Part shown: piece after piece, positions 47,957-57,315 of the stretch
Layout of the letters: every line of letters starts with the position of its first letter
How positions within the stretch are numbered: the first letter of the stretch is position 1
From: an uncultured Bacteroidales bacterium
GTDB taxonomy: Bacteria; Bacteroidota; Bacteroidia; Bacteroidales; UBA11471
DNA: 64,000 bases
Assembly: GCA_947593515.1 (NCBI GenBank)
Contig: CANQDQ010000005.1
Coordinates: forward strand, 508-64,507
Direction of reading: 5' to 3'
Position numbers and translations under genes: made by a program
The notes under the pieces: generated by a model
What the model was told of the DNA's origin: nothing
The model's input: the letters and a program-made list of their open reading frames with translations, nothing else
Database searches by the model: none

Positions 47957-48080
47957 ATGTTGCCTTTGCCGGTTGACTCTACCGTCCGATTTTTTCAACT
48001 CGCCTTGACCTTTATTGTTTTTACGGTAAAATATTGAAGAAAATGAAAAGAGGAGCTTGAAATCAGGTTCCTCTTTTTTA
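47957..48080 (+). ncRNA. Candidate ~120-nt sRNA (or leaderless 26-aa hydrophobic peptide mRNA)
   Basis: Bounded by the promoter at 47922-47954 and the terminator at 48046-48080. Confidence 0.4.
48046..48080 (+). terminator. Orphan intrinsic terminator between divergent genes
   Basis: aaaagagga-gcttgaaatcaggt-tcctctttt followed by further T. Confidence 0.65.
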
Positions 48081-48303
48081 TAGTTTTTTTATAAGAAATA
48101 TCATTGTGAAAATATATGATATATACTATTCTCATATTGTGATAATTAGAGAAATGCACGTAAAAAGTGTAAAATAATAGTTTCAATCTGTCAAAGAAAA
48201 GAAAGTTAAAAAATAAAAAAGACGCTTCCGATAAAAAAAAAATCTCCGTTTTGTGTGAAATATAAATTTTTTATATACCTTTGTCGCTAAAAGGCACTGT
48301 AAA

Positions 48304-49089
48304 ATGTCCGATGTTTGCATAGAACGCATAAAAACGACGCTTTCGGAATTGCAAGAGTTGGTGGAACTTATCGCAAAAAATTCCCCAGAAACGCCGGAAA
48401 TTTTATACAAAATAACTCTCGAAAAGGGGGAGTCGTTATGTGAACAGGTGAGGGCATTCATTACCGATAACAAAACGGTTGCAGCGGCAGCCGTGATGCC
48501 TGATAAAGCTATTGAAACAAGCATTCCCGTGTCGGCAGAGGCTCTTGCGAGCGACACTTCTACCGGTGTGGACGGAAAAGAAGATGAGTCGAAGCCCGAA
48601 GAAAAAAACGATTCGGCGCCGGAGACTTCCCCCTTTTCATGGGATACTTCCGATGAGGACTTTTGTCTTTTTGACGGAATTATCCCGACGAAAAAATCGT
48701 CCGATGTCCCTGCCGCAGAAGATGAAAAAGCCGAAGAATCTGCCGTACTTGCATCGGCGGAGGACGAAACTCCGGCGGCAGAAGATTCGGTTCCGGACGA
48801 ATCGTCGGAGACCGTTTCCGATAAAGAAAATGAAATTTCGGCATCGGAAAATGGACAACCGGTACAGGGAAAAGAATTAGAGACTATGATGAGCATCAAC
48901 GACCGTTTTCTCTTTCGGAGAGAACTTTTCGATGGAGACGGGGAGTTGATGGCGTCCGTTATCGACGCGCTCAATCATATAACGTCATACGAAGCGTCGT
49001 TGGCGTATCTGCATACGCATTTTGCGTGGGATTTCGAGTCGGAGACAGTCGGTCTGCTGTGTATGTTGATACAGCAGCGTTTTGAGTAA
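48304..49089 (+). CDS. Hypothetical protein with acidic low-complexity linker and a compact C-terminal domain
   Basis: E/D/S/P-rich middle, C-terminal INDRFLFRRELF; promoter TACCTTTG at 48276-48283. Confidence 0.75.
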   Translation: MSDVCIERIKTTLSELQELVELIAKNSPETPEILYKITLEKGESLCEQVRAFITDNKTVAAAAVMPDKAIETSIPVSAEALASDTSTGVDGKEDESKPEEKNDSAPETSPFSWDTSDEDFCLFDGIIPTKKSSDVPAAEDEKAEESAVLASAEDETPAAEDSVPDESSETVSDKENEISASENGQPVQGKELETMMSINDRFLFRRELFDGDGELMASVIDALNHITSYEASLAYLHTHFAWDFESETVGLLCMLIQQRFE

Positions 49090-49094
49090 CAGCC

Positions 49095-49814
49095 ATGTCG
49101 AAACTCTACATCGTACCCACCCCGATCGGTAATCTCGAAGACATGACGATGAGAGCCGTGCGCGTATTGCAGGAAGTCGATTGCATATTGGCGGAAGATA
49201 CCCGCACCAGCGGAATCCTGCTGAAACATTACGGCATCAAAACCCGTATGCAGTCGCACCACAAATTTAATGAACGCCAAACCGTCGATGCGGTGGTCGA
49301 GCGGCTCTCTGCCGGCGAGACGATTGCATTGATTTCCGACGCAGGCACACCGGCTATTTCCGATCCGGGATTTCTTTTGGTACGGGCTTGTCGGCGGGCG
49401 GGAGTCGAAGTCGAGTGTCTGCCGGGAGCGACGGCATTCGTTCCGGCGCTTGTCGATTCGGGGTTGCCGTGCGACCGATTCGTTTTCGAGGGCTTTCTGC
49501 CCCAGAAAAAAGGTCGTGCCACCCGACTGAATGAGCTTGCGACCGAGCGGCGTACCATGATATTTTATGAGGCGCCTTTCCGATTGGTCAAGACGTTGGA
49601 ACAGATGGCTGCGGTTTTCGGTGCGGACAGACAAGTATCGGTAAGCCGTGAAATCTCAAAGATTCATGAAGAGACTCTTTGCGGTACTTTTACCGAGCTT
49701 CTTGCCCGATATGCCGAACGGGAGCCGCGTGGTGAATGTGTAATCATAGTAGAGGGAACTTCGCTTGCGGAGGAGAAACCTCGAAAAAACATAAAAGAAA
49801 AACAACAAAAATAG
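49095..49814 (+). CDS. rsmI: 16S rRNA C1402 2'-O-methyltransferase
   Basis: PTPIGNLED, AEDTR, SDAGTPAISDPG, FEGFLP, REISK. Confidence 0.96.
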   Translation: MSKLYIVPTPIGNLEDMTMRAVRVLQEVDCILAEDTRTSGILLKHYGIKTRMQSHHKFNERQTVDAVVERLSAGETIALISDAGTPAISDPGFLLVRACRRAGVEVECLPGATAFVPALVDSGLPCDRFVFEGFLPQKKGRATRLNELATERRTMIFYEAPFRLVKTLEQMAAVFGADRQVSVSREISKIHEETLCGTFTELLARYAEREPRGECVIIVEGTSLAEEKPRKNIKEKQQK

Positions 49815-49838
49815 AAACAACTTTTAAAAACAAAAATT

Positions 49839-50672
49839 ATGAAAAAAGTAGTGTTAAGCATGACAGCCCTTTCGATGCTTCTTTTGGTATCTTGCCAGGG
49901 CTACAAAGATCAGATTGCTCGTTTGCAATTCCAAAACGACTCTATTGCGCAGGTAAACGCCCGCATTAGCTCCGAATTTGACGAATTGCTCCAAATGATG
50001 GACGAAATCGAAGCCGGTTTCCTGCAGGTTGAACAGACCGAAGCCGGTTTGAGCCAAGAAGACGGTGAACGTCTCAAAGCCGATATCGCTCAAATCGTGG
50101 ACATTCTCAAAGAGAACCAAGCTAAACTCGCCGATTTGGAAAAGAAATATAAATCTCGCGGCTATACTATTTCGCAATTGAACAAAACGATCGAACGCCT
50201 CAAAGCCGAAAACGAAGAAAAAGTGGCTATGATCACCCAATTGCAACAAGAACTTGCACAGCGCGATGCCCAAATCAAAGAACTCGATGCTTCTGTTGCT
50301 TCTTTGAACGACAAAGTTTCTGCTCTTTCCGCTGAGTCTGCCGAACAGCAAGGTGTTATCGGTGCACAAGACAGAGTGCTCAATACCGTATATTACATGG
50401 TTTCCAAATATAAAGATCTCAAAGCCAACGGTGTTGTAATCAAAGGTCGTGCTCTGCAAGGCGAAGTAAACAACGCTTTGTTCACGGAAGTCGATTTGCG
50501 CAATCTTACCTCTATTCCTTTGAATAATGTGAAAAGAGCTACTATTCTGACGGCTCATCCCGCAGGTTCTTATACTTTGGTAAAAGAAGGAAAACGCTAT
50601 ACCGAACTGGCAATTACCAATCCTGCCGAATTTTGGAGCGTATCGCGTTATCTCGTAATTCGCGTTAAATAA
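49839..50672 (+). CDS. Coiled-coil lipoprotein (Cbp1-like)
   Basis: Lipobox LVSC; long heptad region; C-terminal HPAGSY...FWSVSRYLVI. Confidence 0.7.
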   Translation: MKKVVLSMTALSMLLLVSCQGYKDQIARLQFQNDSIAQVNARISSEFDELLQMMDEIEAGFLQVEQTEAGLSQEDGERLKADIAQIVDILKENQAKLADLEKKYKSRGYTISQLNKTIERLKAENEEKVAMITQLQQELAQRDAQIKELDASVASLNDKVSALSAESAEQQGVIGAQDRVLNTVYYMVSKYKDLKANGVVIKGRALQGEVNNALFTEVDLRNLTSIPLNNVKRATILTAHPAGSYTLVKEGKRYTELAITNPAEFWSVSRYLVIRVK

Positions 50673-50693
50673 AACGGATTCACAGATAAAAAT

Positions 50694-50726
50694 AAAAAGC
50701 ATCGGAATTTTTCCGATGCTTTTTTT
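50694..50726 (+). terminator. Intrinsic terminator
   Basis: aaaaagcatcggaa / ttccgatgcttttttt. Confidence 0.85.
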
Positions 50727-50931
50727 GTGCTTTTATGCGACGGTATGCTTTTATTATGAAATTGACTTTTTGCCAGCAAAAGATAAATATTTTTCATCGT
50801 AAAAGAGAAAAAGTAGTAGGTAATCGCATTTAGAGTAAAAATAAAATGGCAAATTGTCAGAAAATATTTGCGGACGTCAAAATAATATGTATATTTGTAG
50901 TATTAAAAATTAACCCTTAAATCTTGACGTT

Positions 50932-52266
50932 ATGAATATCCAGACAATCATGAACAATCTGTCGGCGAAGCACCCGGGCGAGTCGGAGTATTTGCAAGCC
51001 GTACACGAGGTATTGCTCTCTATCGAAGAGATTTATAATCAACACCCCGAATTTGAAAAAGCCAAACTTATCGAACGTATGGTCGAGCCCGACCGTATTT
51101 TTACTTTCAAAGTGCCTTGGGTCGATGACAAAGGCGAGGTACAGGTAAACCTCGGCTACCGCATTCAGTTCAACAATGCCATCGGTCCGTACAAAGGCGG
51201 CATACGTTTCCATGCGTCGGTAAATCTTTCCATTCTCAAATTTCTCGGTTTTGAACAGACATTCAAAAACGCTTTGACCACCCTGCCTATGGGCGGTGGC
51301 AAAGGCGGTTCCGATTTCAGTCCGCGCGGAAAATCCGATGCCGAAATCATGCGCTTCTGCCAAGCCTTCATGTTGGAGCTGTGGCGTCATCTCGGTCCCG
51401 ATACCGACGTGCCTGCCGGCGATATAGGCGTAGGCGGCCGCGAAGTGGGCTACATGTACGGAATGTATAAAAAACTGGCACGGGAAAATACGGGAACATT
51501 CACCGGCAAAGGTCTTGAATTCGGCGGTTCGCTCATACGTCCCGAAGCCACCGGTTTCGGCGGACTCTATTTCGTACAGCAGATGTTGGCGACGAAAGGT
51601 ATCGACATCAAGGGCAAGACCATTGCTATCAGCGGATTCGGCAACGTGGCATGGGGCGCAGCGACTAAGGCTGTGGAGCTGGGCGGCAAGGTCGTTACCA
51701 TTTCCGGACCCGACGGATACGTTTACGACCCCGACGGCATCAGCGGCGAAAAAATCGATTATATGCTCGAATTGCGGGCATCGGGCAATGATATTGTAGA
51801 ACCCTATGCCGAGAAATACGGCGTGCAATTCTTCCCCGACCGTCGTCCGTGGGAACAGAAGGTGGATATTGCCCTTCCTTGCGCCACGCAAAACGAACTC
51901 GATGCCGACGATGCCCGCCGCCTTATCGACAACGGCGTGATATGCGTCGGTGAAATATCGAATATGGGCTGCCGTCCCGAAGCTATCGACCTCTTTATCG
52001 AAAACCGCATCATGTACGGACCCGGCAAGGCTGTCAATGCCGGCGGCGTAGCCACGTCGGGACTTGAAATGACGCAGAACGCCATGCACCTCAGTTGGGA
52101 CGCTGCCGAAGTGGATAAACGCCTGCACGGTATCATGCGCGACATACACGCGCAGTGCGTGAAATACGGTACGGAACCCGACGGATACATCAACTATATG
52201 AAAGGCGCCAATATTGCCGGATTCATGAAAGTTGCCCGAGCCATGCTGGCACAGGGCGTTATATAA
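50932..52266 (+). CDS. gdhA: Glutamate dehydrogenase (GdhA family; resembles Bacteroides NAD-linked GdhB)
   Basis: GPYKGGIRF, GGGKGGSDF, DVPAGDIG, RPEATG, GFGNVA, NAGGV. Confidence 0.95.
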   Translation: MNIQTIMNNLSAKHPGESEYLQAVHEVLLSIEEIYNQHPEFEKAKLIERMVEPDRIFTFKVPWVDDKGEVQVNLGYRIQFNNAIGPYKGGIRFHASVNLSILKFLGFEQTFKNALTTLPMGGGKGGSDFSPRGKSDAEIMRFCQAFMLELWRHLGPDTDVPAGDIGVGGREVGYMYGMYKKLARENTGTFTGKGLEFGGSLIRPEATGFGGLYFVQQMLATKGIDIKGKTIAISGFGNVAWGAATKAVELGGKVVTISGPDGYVYDPDGISGEKIDYMLELRASGNDIVEPYAEKYGVQFFPDRRPWEQKVDIALPCATQNELDADDARRLIDNGVICVGEISNMGCRPEAIDLFIENRIMYGPGKAVNAGGVATSGLEMTQNAMHLSWDAAEVDKRLHGIMRDIHAQCVKYGTEPDGYINYMKGANIAGFMKVARAMLAQGVI

Positions 52267-52289
52267 TCCGACCACATACCCGAATGCAG

Positions 52290-52322
52290 AAGCGGGGGCG
52301 AATCGTTCGTCCCCGCTTTTTT
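52290..52322. terminator. Terminator between gdh and the LytTR gene
   Basis: aagcgggggcgaa-tcg-ttcgtccccgctt followed by T. Confidence 0.8.
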
Positions 52323-53046
52323 ATCCTTTCCCGACAATGGCGTGTCGGGCGAGCTGTTCCATAAGAGCCGACTTGTACGAATCGGAGATGGGGATATACT
52401 CTTTGCCGAAGACGATGCGGTTTCGCTCGATGACTTTGATTTTGTCCGTCCGCACGATGAACGAGCGGTGCACCCGCACGAATTGTTGTGCCGGCAGCTG
52501 CTCTTCGAGCGATTTCAGACTCATCAGCGAAAGCAGCGGGCGCGGCTCGTCGTCGATATATATCTTTACGTAATCTTTCAGTCCTTCGATGTAGATGATT
52601 TTGGCCAGCTCCACCTGCACGAGTTTGTAGTCGGTCTTTACGAGAATGGAAGTCGGCGTATCGCTTTCCGGCGGTTGGGGAGCCGTGTGGGCAAACCATT
52701 GCCGAGCCTTTTCGCAGGCTTGCAGAAATTCGGGATAGGCAATCGGTTTCAACAGGTAGTCGAGGGCGTTCACCCGATAGCTGTCCACCGCATATTGTTC
52801 AAATGCCGTCGTAAATACGACCCGGCACCGCTCGCCGACGATGCGCGAAAACTCCAAACCGTTAAGCTCCGGCATCTGTATGTCGAGAAAGAGCAGGTCG
52901 GGGCAGTCGTCGGAAACCCCTTCCATCGCTTTCACGGCGTTGGTGTAAGAGCCGATGAGTTGTAGAAACGGCGTTTTGGCAACGTAGCTTTCGAGCAGGC
53001 TTACAGCCAGCGGTTCGTCGTCGATGATGGCGCAGCGTAGTTTCAT
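52321..53046 (-). CDS. LytTR family response regulator
   Basis: IIDDEPLA, FLDIQMP, YLLKP, FVRVHRSFIV; start placed at ATG 53046. Confidence 0.95.
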   Translation of the reverse strand: MKLRCAIIDDEPLAVSLLESYVAKTPFLQLIGSYTNAVKAMEGVSDDCPDLLFLDIQMPELNGLEFSRIVGERCRVVFTTAFEQYAVDSYRVNALDYLLKPIAYPEFLQACEKARQWFAHTAPQPPESDTPTSILVKTDYKLVQVELAKIIYIEGLKDYVKIYIDDEPRPLLSLMSLKSLEEQLPAQQFVRVHRSFIVRTDKIKVIERNRIVFGKEYIPISDSYKSALMEQLARHAIVGKG

Positions 53047-54095
53047 GGCAGTTGTTTTTGCGGGTGCAGGGTCAAGGTGGCGCAATAGCGCGTATCGTTT
53101 TGCTCGACGGTGTAGTCGTAGCGTCCGGCATAGAGTATGTCGAGCCGCTTGTGCAGGTTGTCGAGCCCGATGCCGGAGCCGCTTTTGTCGCTTTCGTCTT
53201 TGGGGAAGCAGCTGTTTTCGATGCGGCATTCGATGTCGTGTGCGGCGGTTGCGCGCAGCTTTATGTGTACGAAAGAGGGGCGTGTGTTGCTTACACCGTG
53301 TTTGAATGCGTTTTCTATCAAGGCGATGAAAAGGAGAGGAGCCACCTCGATGTCGCGCTCTTTGCCGGTGGGCAGCTCCACGATGACTTCGGTGTCGGTA
53401 GTCAGTCGCAGCCGCATCAATTCCACGTAATTGTGGATAAAATCTATCTCTTTGCCCAACGGCACGTAGCGGGGCGTATTTTCATACAGCACGTAACGCA
53501 TGAGTTTGCTCAGTTCCAGAATTGCCTGCTGTGCCTTGTCGGGCGAAATGGCTGTCAGCGAATAGATGTTGTTGAGCGTGTTGAAAAGGAAATGCGGATT
53601 GATTTGGCTTTTCAAAGTTTTCAGCTCCGCCTCCATGCGCTCTTTCTCCAGCGTTTCGAGTTCTTTTTCTATGGCGACCCAGCGGTTGGTTACTTTCAGC
53701 GCCACGCTCATGCCTACGGCTAAGATAAGCGGTATCATGTCTCTGAAAAAGAAACCGAATGCCGCTTGCAGGAAACTCTCTTCGGGGTGCGGCGGCAGAT
53801 GCTGTCCGTGGCGTATCGCCATCAAGGCGAATGAAACGCAAACGACCATTACGAGGTTGAAAATCCAAAAACGGGAAAGCGATTTCTTGTCGAACAGAAA
53901 TTTCTCGACCAAAAAGAAATAGTTGATGTAAAATACCGTAAGCAGGGCGAGCGGTATGGTGGAAAATCGCAGGTAATGCTGCAAGTAGCCGTTTGCCGTG
54001 TGGTCGGTAAAGAGCAGCGGCAAGCCGAATACGAATCCCCACCCGATGATGTGAATGGCGATGCTTACGGTTTTGTGTCGGCTTTCCGATTTCAT
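53043..54095 (-). CDS. LytS-type sensor histidine kinase
   Basis: Membrane N-terminus; SQINPHFLFNTLN, ENAFKHG, GIGLDN; start placed at ATG 54095. Confidence 0.93.
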   Translation of the reverse strand: MKSESRHKTVSIAIHIIGWGFVFGLPLLFTDHTANGYLQHYLRFSTIPLALLTVFYINYFFLVEKFLFDKKSLSRFWIFNLVMVVCVSFALMAIRHGQHLPPHPEESFLQAAFGFFFRDMIPLILAVGMSVALKVTNRWVAIEKELETLEKERMEAELKTLKSQINPHFLFNTLNNIYSLTAISPDKAQQAILELSKLMRYVLYENTPRYVPLGKEIDFIHNYVELMRLRLTTDTEVIVELPTGKERDIEVAPLLFIALIENAFKHGVSNTRPSFVHIKLRATAAHDIECRIENSCFPKDESDKSGSGIGLDNLHKRLDILYAGRYDYTVEQNDTRYCATLTLHPQKQLP

Positions 54096-54105
54096 GGATT
54101 CGTTT

Positions 54106-55326
54106 TTATTCGTATCGCAAGGCTTCGATAGGGTCGAGGTCGGCAGCTTTTTTGGCGGGGTACCAGCCGAAAAATACGCCGGTAACCGTGCAGACGGCAA
54201 ACGACAGTACTACGCTCCACACCTGTATGAATACCGGCCAGTGGGCGATGCTCTTTACCGCCCAGCTTGCCCCGCAGCCCAAGACGACACCGATGACGCC
54301 TCCCGTGATGCTGATAAGCACCGCCTCGATAAGGAATTGGGCGAGTATGTCGATGCCGCGTGCGCCTACGCTCATGCGCAATCCGATTTCCCGCGTGCGT
54401 TCGGTAACGCTTACGTACATGATGTTCATGATGCCTATTCCTCCGACAATAAGCGATATACCGGCGATGCAGGCAAGCAGCGTGGTCATCAGGGAGGTCG
54501 TGGTGTTGAGCATGGTGCTTATTTCTTGTTGGGTGCGTATGGTGAAATTGTCGTCATCGCCCTCTTTCAGCTTGTGTTCGCGGCGGAGAATTTTGCCGAT
54601 TTCGTCGGTGGCATACTCCGTCATATCTTCCGAGAGCGCCGAAGCGAAGATGCTTTGCAGGTAGGTTATGGCGAGCAGCCGTTTCATGACGGTGGTGTAG
54701 GGGGCAAGCACGACGGCGTCTTGGTCTTGTCCCATCGAGTTGTATCCTTTCGATTTCAGCACACCGATGACGCGGAACGGTATTTTGTTGAACCGTATCA
54801 CTTTGCCGATAGGGTTGCTGCCGTCGGGAAAGAGATTGTCGACGATGGTTTTCCCGATGACGCACACTTTGGCGGAGCCTTGTATGTCGCTTTCGGTGAA
54901 CATCGTTCCGTCTTCCACTTTCAACTGCCGTATATCCAAATATCCCAACCCCACGCCGTTGATGGTGGCGGGATAGTTGTTGTTGCCGCAGATGAATTGT
55001 CCCGAAGTGCTGACGTTCGGCGAAATGGCTGCCAGAAAATTGGTTTCGTTCCGCAGCGCTTCGTAGTTTTCCAGTTTCAGCGTCTGCATCTCCGACGGGT
55101 CGCGCCGCACGCCGCCGCGCCGGTCGCCGCCCGGGTGTATCATTATCATGTTCGAGCCCATTTCCGATATTTGGGCTTGAATACTTCTTTTCGAGCCTTG
55201 TCCGATAGCCAGCATGGTGATGACCGATGCCACGCCGATGATGATGCCCAGCATGGTGAGAAAGGCGCGCAGCTTGTTGTTGGCGAGTGCCCGAAAGGCT
55301 ATTTTGAAAAGGTTGGTAGCGTTCAT
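54106..55326 (-). CDS. MacB-like ABC transporter permease
   Basis: LTMLGIIIGV, GGIGIMNIM, ERTREIG, DPIEALRYE. Confidence 0.95.
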   Translation of the reverse strand: MNATNLFKIAFRALANNKLRAFLTMLGIIIGVASVITMLAIGQGSKRSIQAQISEMGSNMIMIHPGGDRRGGVRRDPSEMQTLKLENYEALRNETNFLAAISPNVSTSGQFICGNNNYPATINGVGLGYLDIRQLKVEDGTMFTESDIQGSAKVCVIGKTIVDNLFPDGSNPIGKVIRFNKIPFRVIGVLKSKGYNSMGQDQDAVVLAPYTTVMKRLLAITYLQSIFASALSEDMTEYATDEIGKILRREHKLKEGDDDNFTIRTQQEISTMLNTTTSLMTTLLACIAGISLIVGGIGIMNIMYVSVTERTREIGLRMSVGARGIDILAQFLIEAVLISITGGVIGVVLGCGASWAVKSIAHWPVFIQVWSVVLSFAVCTVTGVFFGWYPAKKAADLDPIEALRYE

Positions 55327-55331
55327 GGCGA

Positions 55332-56078
55332 TTATTCTTCATCGTTTTTCGGCAGGGCGGCTAAGGCTTTTTCTGCCGACAGAATATTCGGGTTTGTGCT
55401 GTCTTCGATTACCTGTCCGTCGCGCAGACGTATGGTGCGGCTGCTGTATTGCGACAGTTCGGGGTTGTGCGTTACGAAGATGATGGTGCGCCCTTTCCGG
55501 TGCAGTTCCTGAAAGAGGACAAGTATCTCGAACGACGTTCGCGTATCGAGGTTTCCCGTCGCCTCGTCGGCGAGGATTACAGCGGGATTGTTCACCAATG
55601 CGCGGGCTATCGCCACGCGCTGCATCTGCCCGCCCGACATTTGGTTAGACTTATGGTTCAGCCGGTCGCCGAGCCCTACCGATTGCAGCGCCTCTATGGC
55701 GCGGCGCCGCCGCTCCGAAGCACTGACGGAGGAGTTGTACATCAACGGGAGTTCGACATTTTCGACGGCGGTCGTTTTGGGCAAAAGATTGTAATTCTGG
55801 AACACGAAACCGATTTTGCGGTTGCGCAATACGGCTCTTGCCGGTTTGCTCATGGTGCGCACGGCGATGCCGTCGAGCAGGTATTCGCCAGAGGTCGGCG
55901 TGTCGAGACAGCCTAACGTATTGAGCAGAGTCGATTTGCCCGACCCCGATGTGCCCATGATGGTTACAAATTCGCCTTCGGTGATGGTGAACGATACGCC
56001 GCGCAGGGCGTGTACCGTTTCATCGCCGACGCGGAAGTCCCGACGAATGTTCTGCAATTCGATGACTTTCTTTTCCAT
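55332..56078 (-). CDS. ABC transporter ATP-binding protein (MacB/LolD type)
   Basis: [25 protein letters not shown]. Confidence 0.96.
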   Translation of the reverse strand: MEKKVIELQNIRRDFRVGDETVHALRGVSFTITEGEFVTIMGTSGSGKSTLLNTLGCLDTPTSGEYLLDGIAVRTMSKPARAVLRNRKIGFVFQNYNLLPKTTAVENVELPLMYNSSVSASERRRRAIEALQSVGLGDRLNHKSNQMSGGQMQRVAIARALVNNPAVILADEATGNLDTRTSFEILVLFQELHRKGRTIIFVTHNPELSQYSSRTIRLRDGQVIEDSTNPNILSAEKALAALPKNDEE

Positions 56079-56089
56079 CTTAGCCGACG

Positions 56090-57295
56090 TTATTTCTTCT
56101 TGTTATTATTCCGATTGGGCGGACCGGGCATGAAAGGGCTCCGCTCTATACTGGACGTATTAGCTTCTTCCTCTGCCGCAGCACCCATTATCGCTTCTTC
56201 GACAACGACCGTTCCTTCGTCGATGCCGCCCAAAATTTCGGTCATGATGCCGTTGCTGATGCCGGTTTGCACGGGGTGGGCGGTGAAGGTGTTTCCGTCG
56301 CGCGTCCACAGTTTGCTGCTGCCCTCGCAGTCGACGACGATGTCGTCTTTACCGATGAGCGGAACCGTCGGCGAAAAACGCAGGGCGCGCGATGAAACGC
56401 TCAATACGTTTTGTTTGTCGAGTATGTAAATGGCGATGTTGGCGGTCAGTCGCGGTTTCAGTTTCAAATCGGGATTTTGCGCCATGATCACTACCTCGTA
56501 GGTAACGACGCTTTCCGAAGTCGTGGCGCCGGTGCTGGCGGTGCTTCCGAGACGTATCTGCGTTACTTTTCCCTCGAATACGTCGTTGGGGTAGGCATCG
56601 ACGGTGAAACTTACCCGTTGCCCTTCCTCCACGCCGCCGATGTCGGCTTCATCGACGTCGGCAACCACCTGCATCTGCGTCAGGTCGGCGGCAATGTTGA
56701 AAAGGGTAGGCGTCTCGAATCCCGATGCCACTGTCTGTCCCTCCTCTACGTCGCGGCTTATTACCACGCCGTCGATAGGCGACGTAATGGTGGCGTAGGA
56801 GAGGTTGCGCTGCGCTTTGGCGAGTGCGGCTTTACTGCTGTCGAAAGCGCTTTTTGCTTTCTTGTAATTGTATTCCGACTGCTCGTACTCCATGTCGCTG
56901 ATGAGCGATTGGGCGTGCAGACCTTTGTTGCGCTCGAAATTTTTCTTCTGGTATTCGTATTCTGCCAGATTTCCGTCGTAAGCGGCTTGTGCGGAGGCAA
57001 GTTCGCTTTGCAGGGTAACTTTGTCCATTTCGGCAATCAACTGCCCTTTTTTCACGACGGAATTGTAATCGACGTATATTTTGTCGATGATGCCCGATAC
57101 CTGCGTGCCTACCTGCACTTCGGTAACCGGTTCGATGGTTCCGGTGGCGGTTACCGAGTTGGAAATGTCGCTTCGCCCTACGGTAACGGTCGCATACGAA
57201 ATTTTGTGCTTTTCTCCCTTTTCGAAGAAATAAAAGTAACAGCCGGCAGCTGCCGCGACAGCCACACAGACGCCGATGACAATGCTTTTTTTCAT
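56090..57295 (-). CDS. Efflux periplasmic adaptor (MacA-like)
   Basis: ATGTIEP, VGTQVSG, ITSPIDG, VDEADIG. Confidence 0.93.
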   Translation of the reverse strand: MKKSIVIGVCVAVAAAAGCYFYFFEKGEKHKISYATVTVGRSDISNSVTATGTIEPVTEVQVGTQVSGIIDKIYVDYNSVVKKGQLIAEMDKVTLQSELASAQAAYDGNLAEYEYQKKNFERNKGLHAQSLISDMEYEQSEYNYKKAKSAFDSSKAALAKAQRNLSYATITSPIDGVVISRDVEEGQTVASGFETPTLFNIAADLTQMQVVADVDEADIGGVEEGQRVSFTVDAYPNDVFEGKVTQIRLGSTASTGATTSESVVTYEVVIMAQNPDLKLKPRLTANIAIYILDKQNVLSVSSRALRFSPTVPLIGKDDIVVDCEGSSKLWTRDGNTFTAHPVQTGISNGIMTEILGGIDEGTVVVEEAIMGAAAEEEANTSSIERSPFMPGPPNRNNNKKK

Positions 57296-57315
57296 ATAGA
57301 TGGAATGTTATTTCG

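Noticed and set aside
50917-52275. 452-aa ORF antisense to gdh, spanning the whole gene
   Set aside because: Codon-aligned mirror of a strongly biased gene; no independent promoter or domain evidence.
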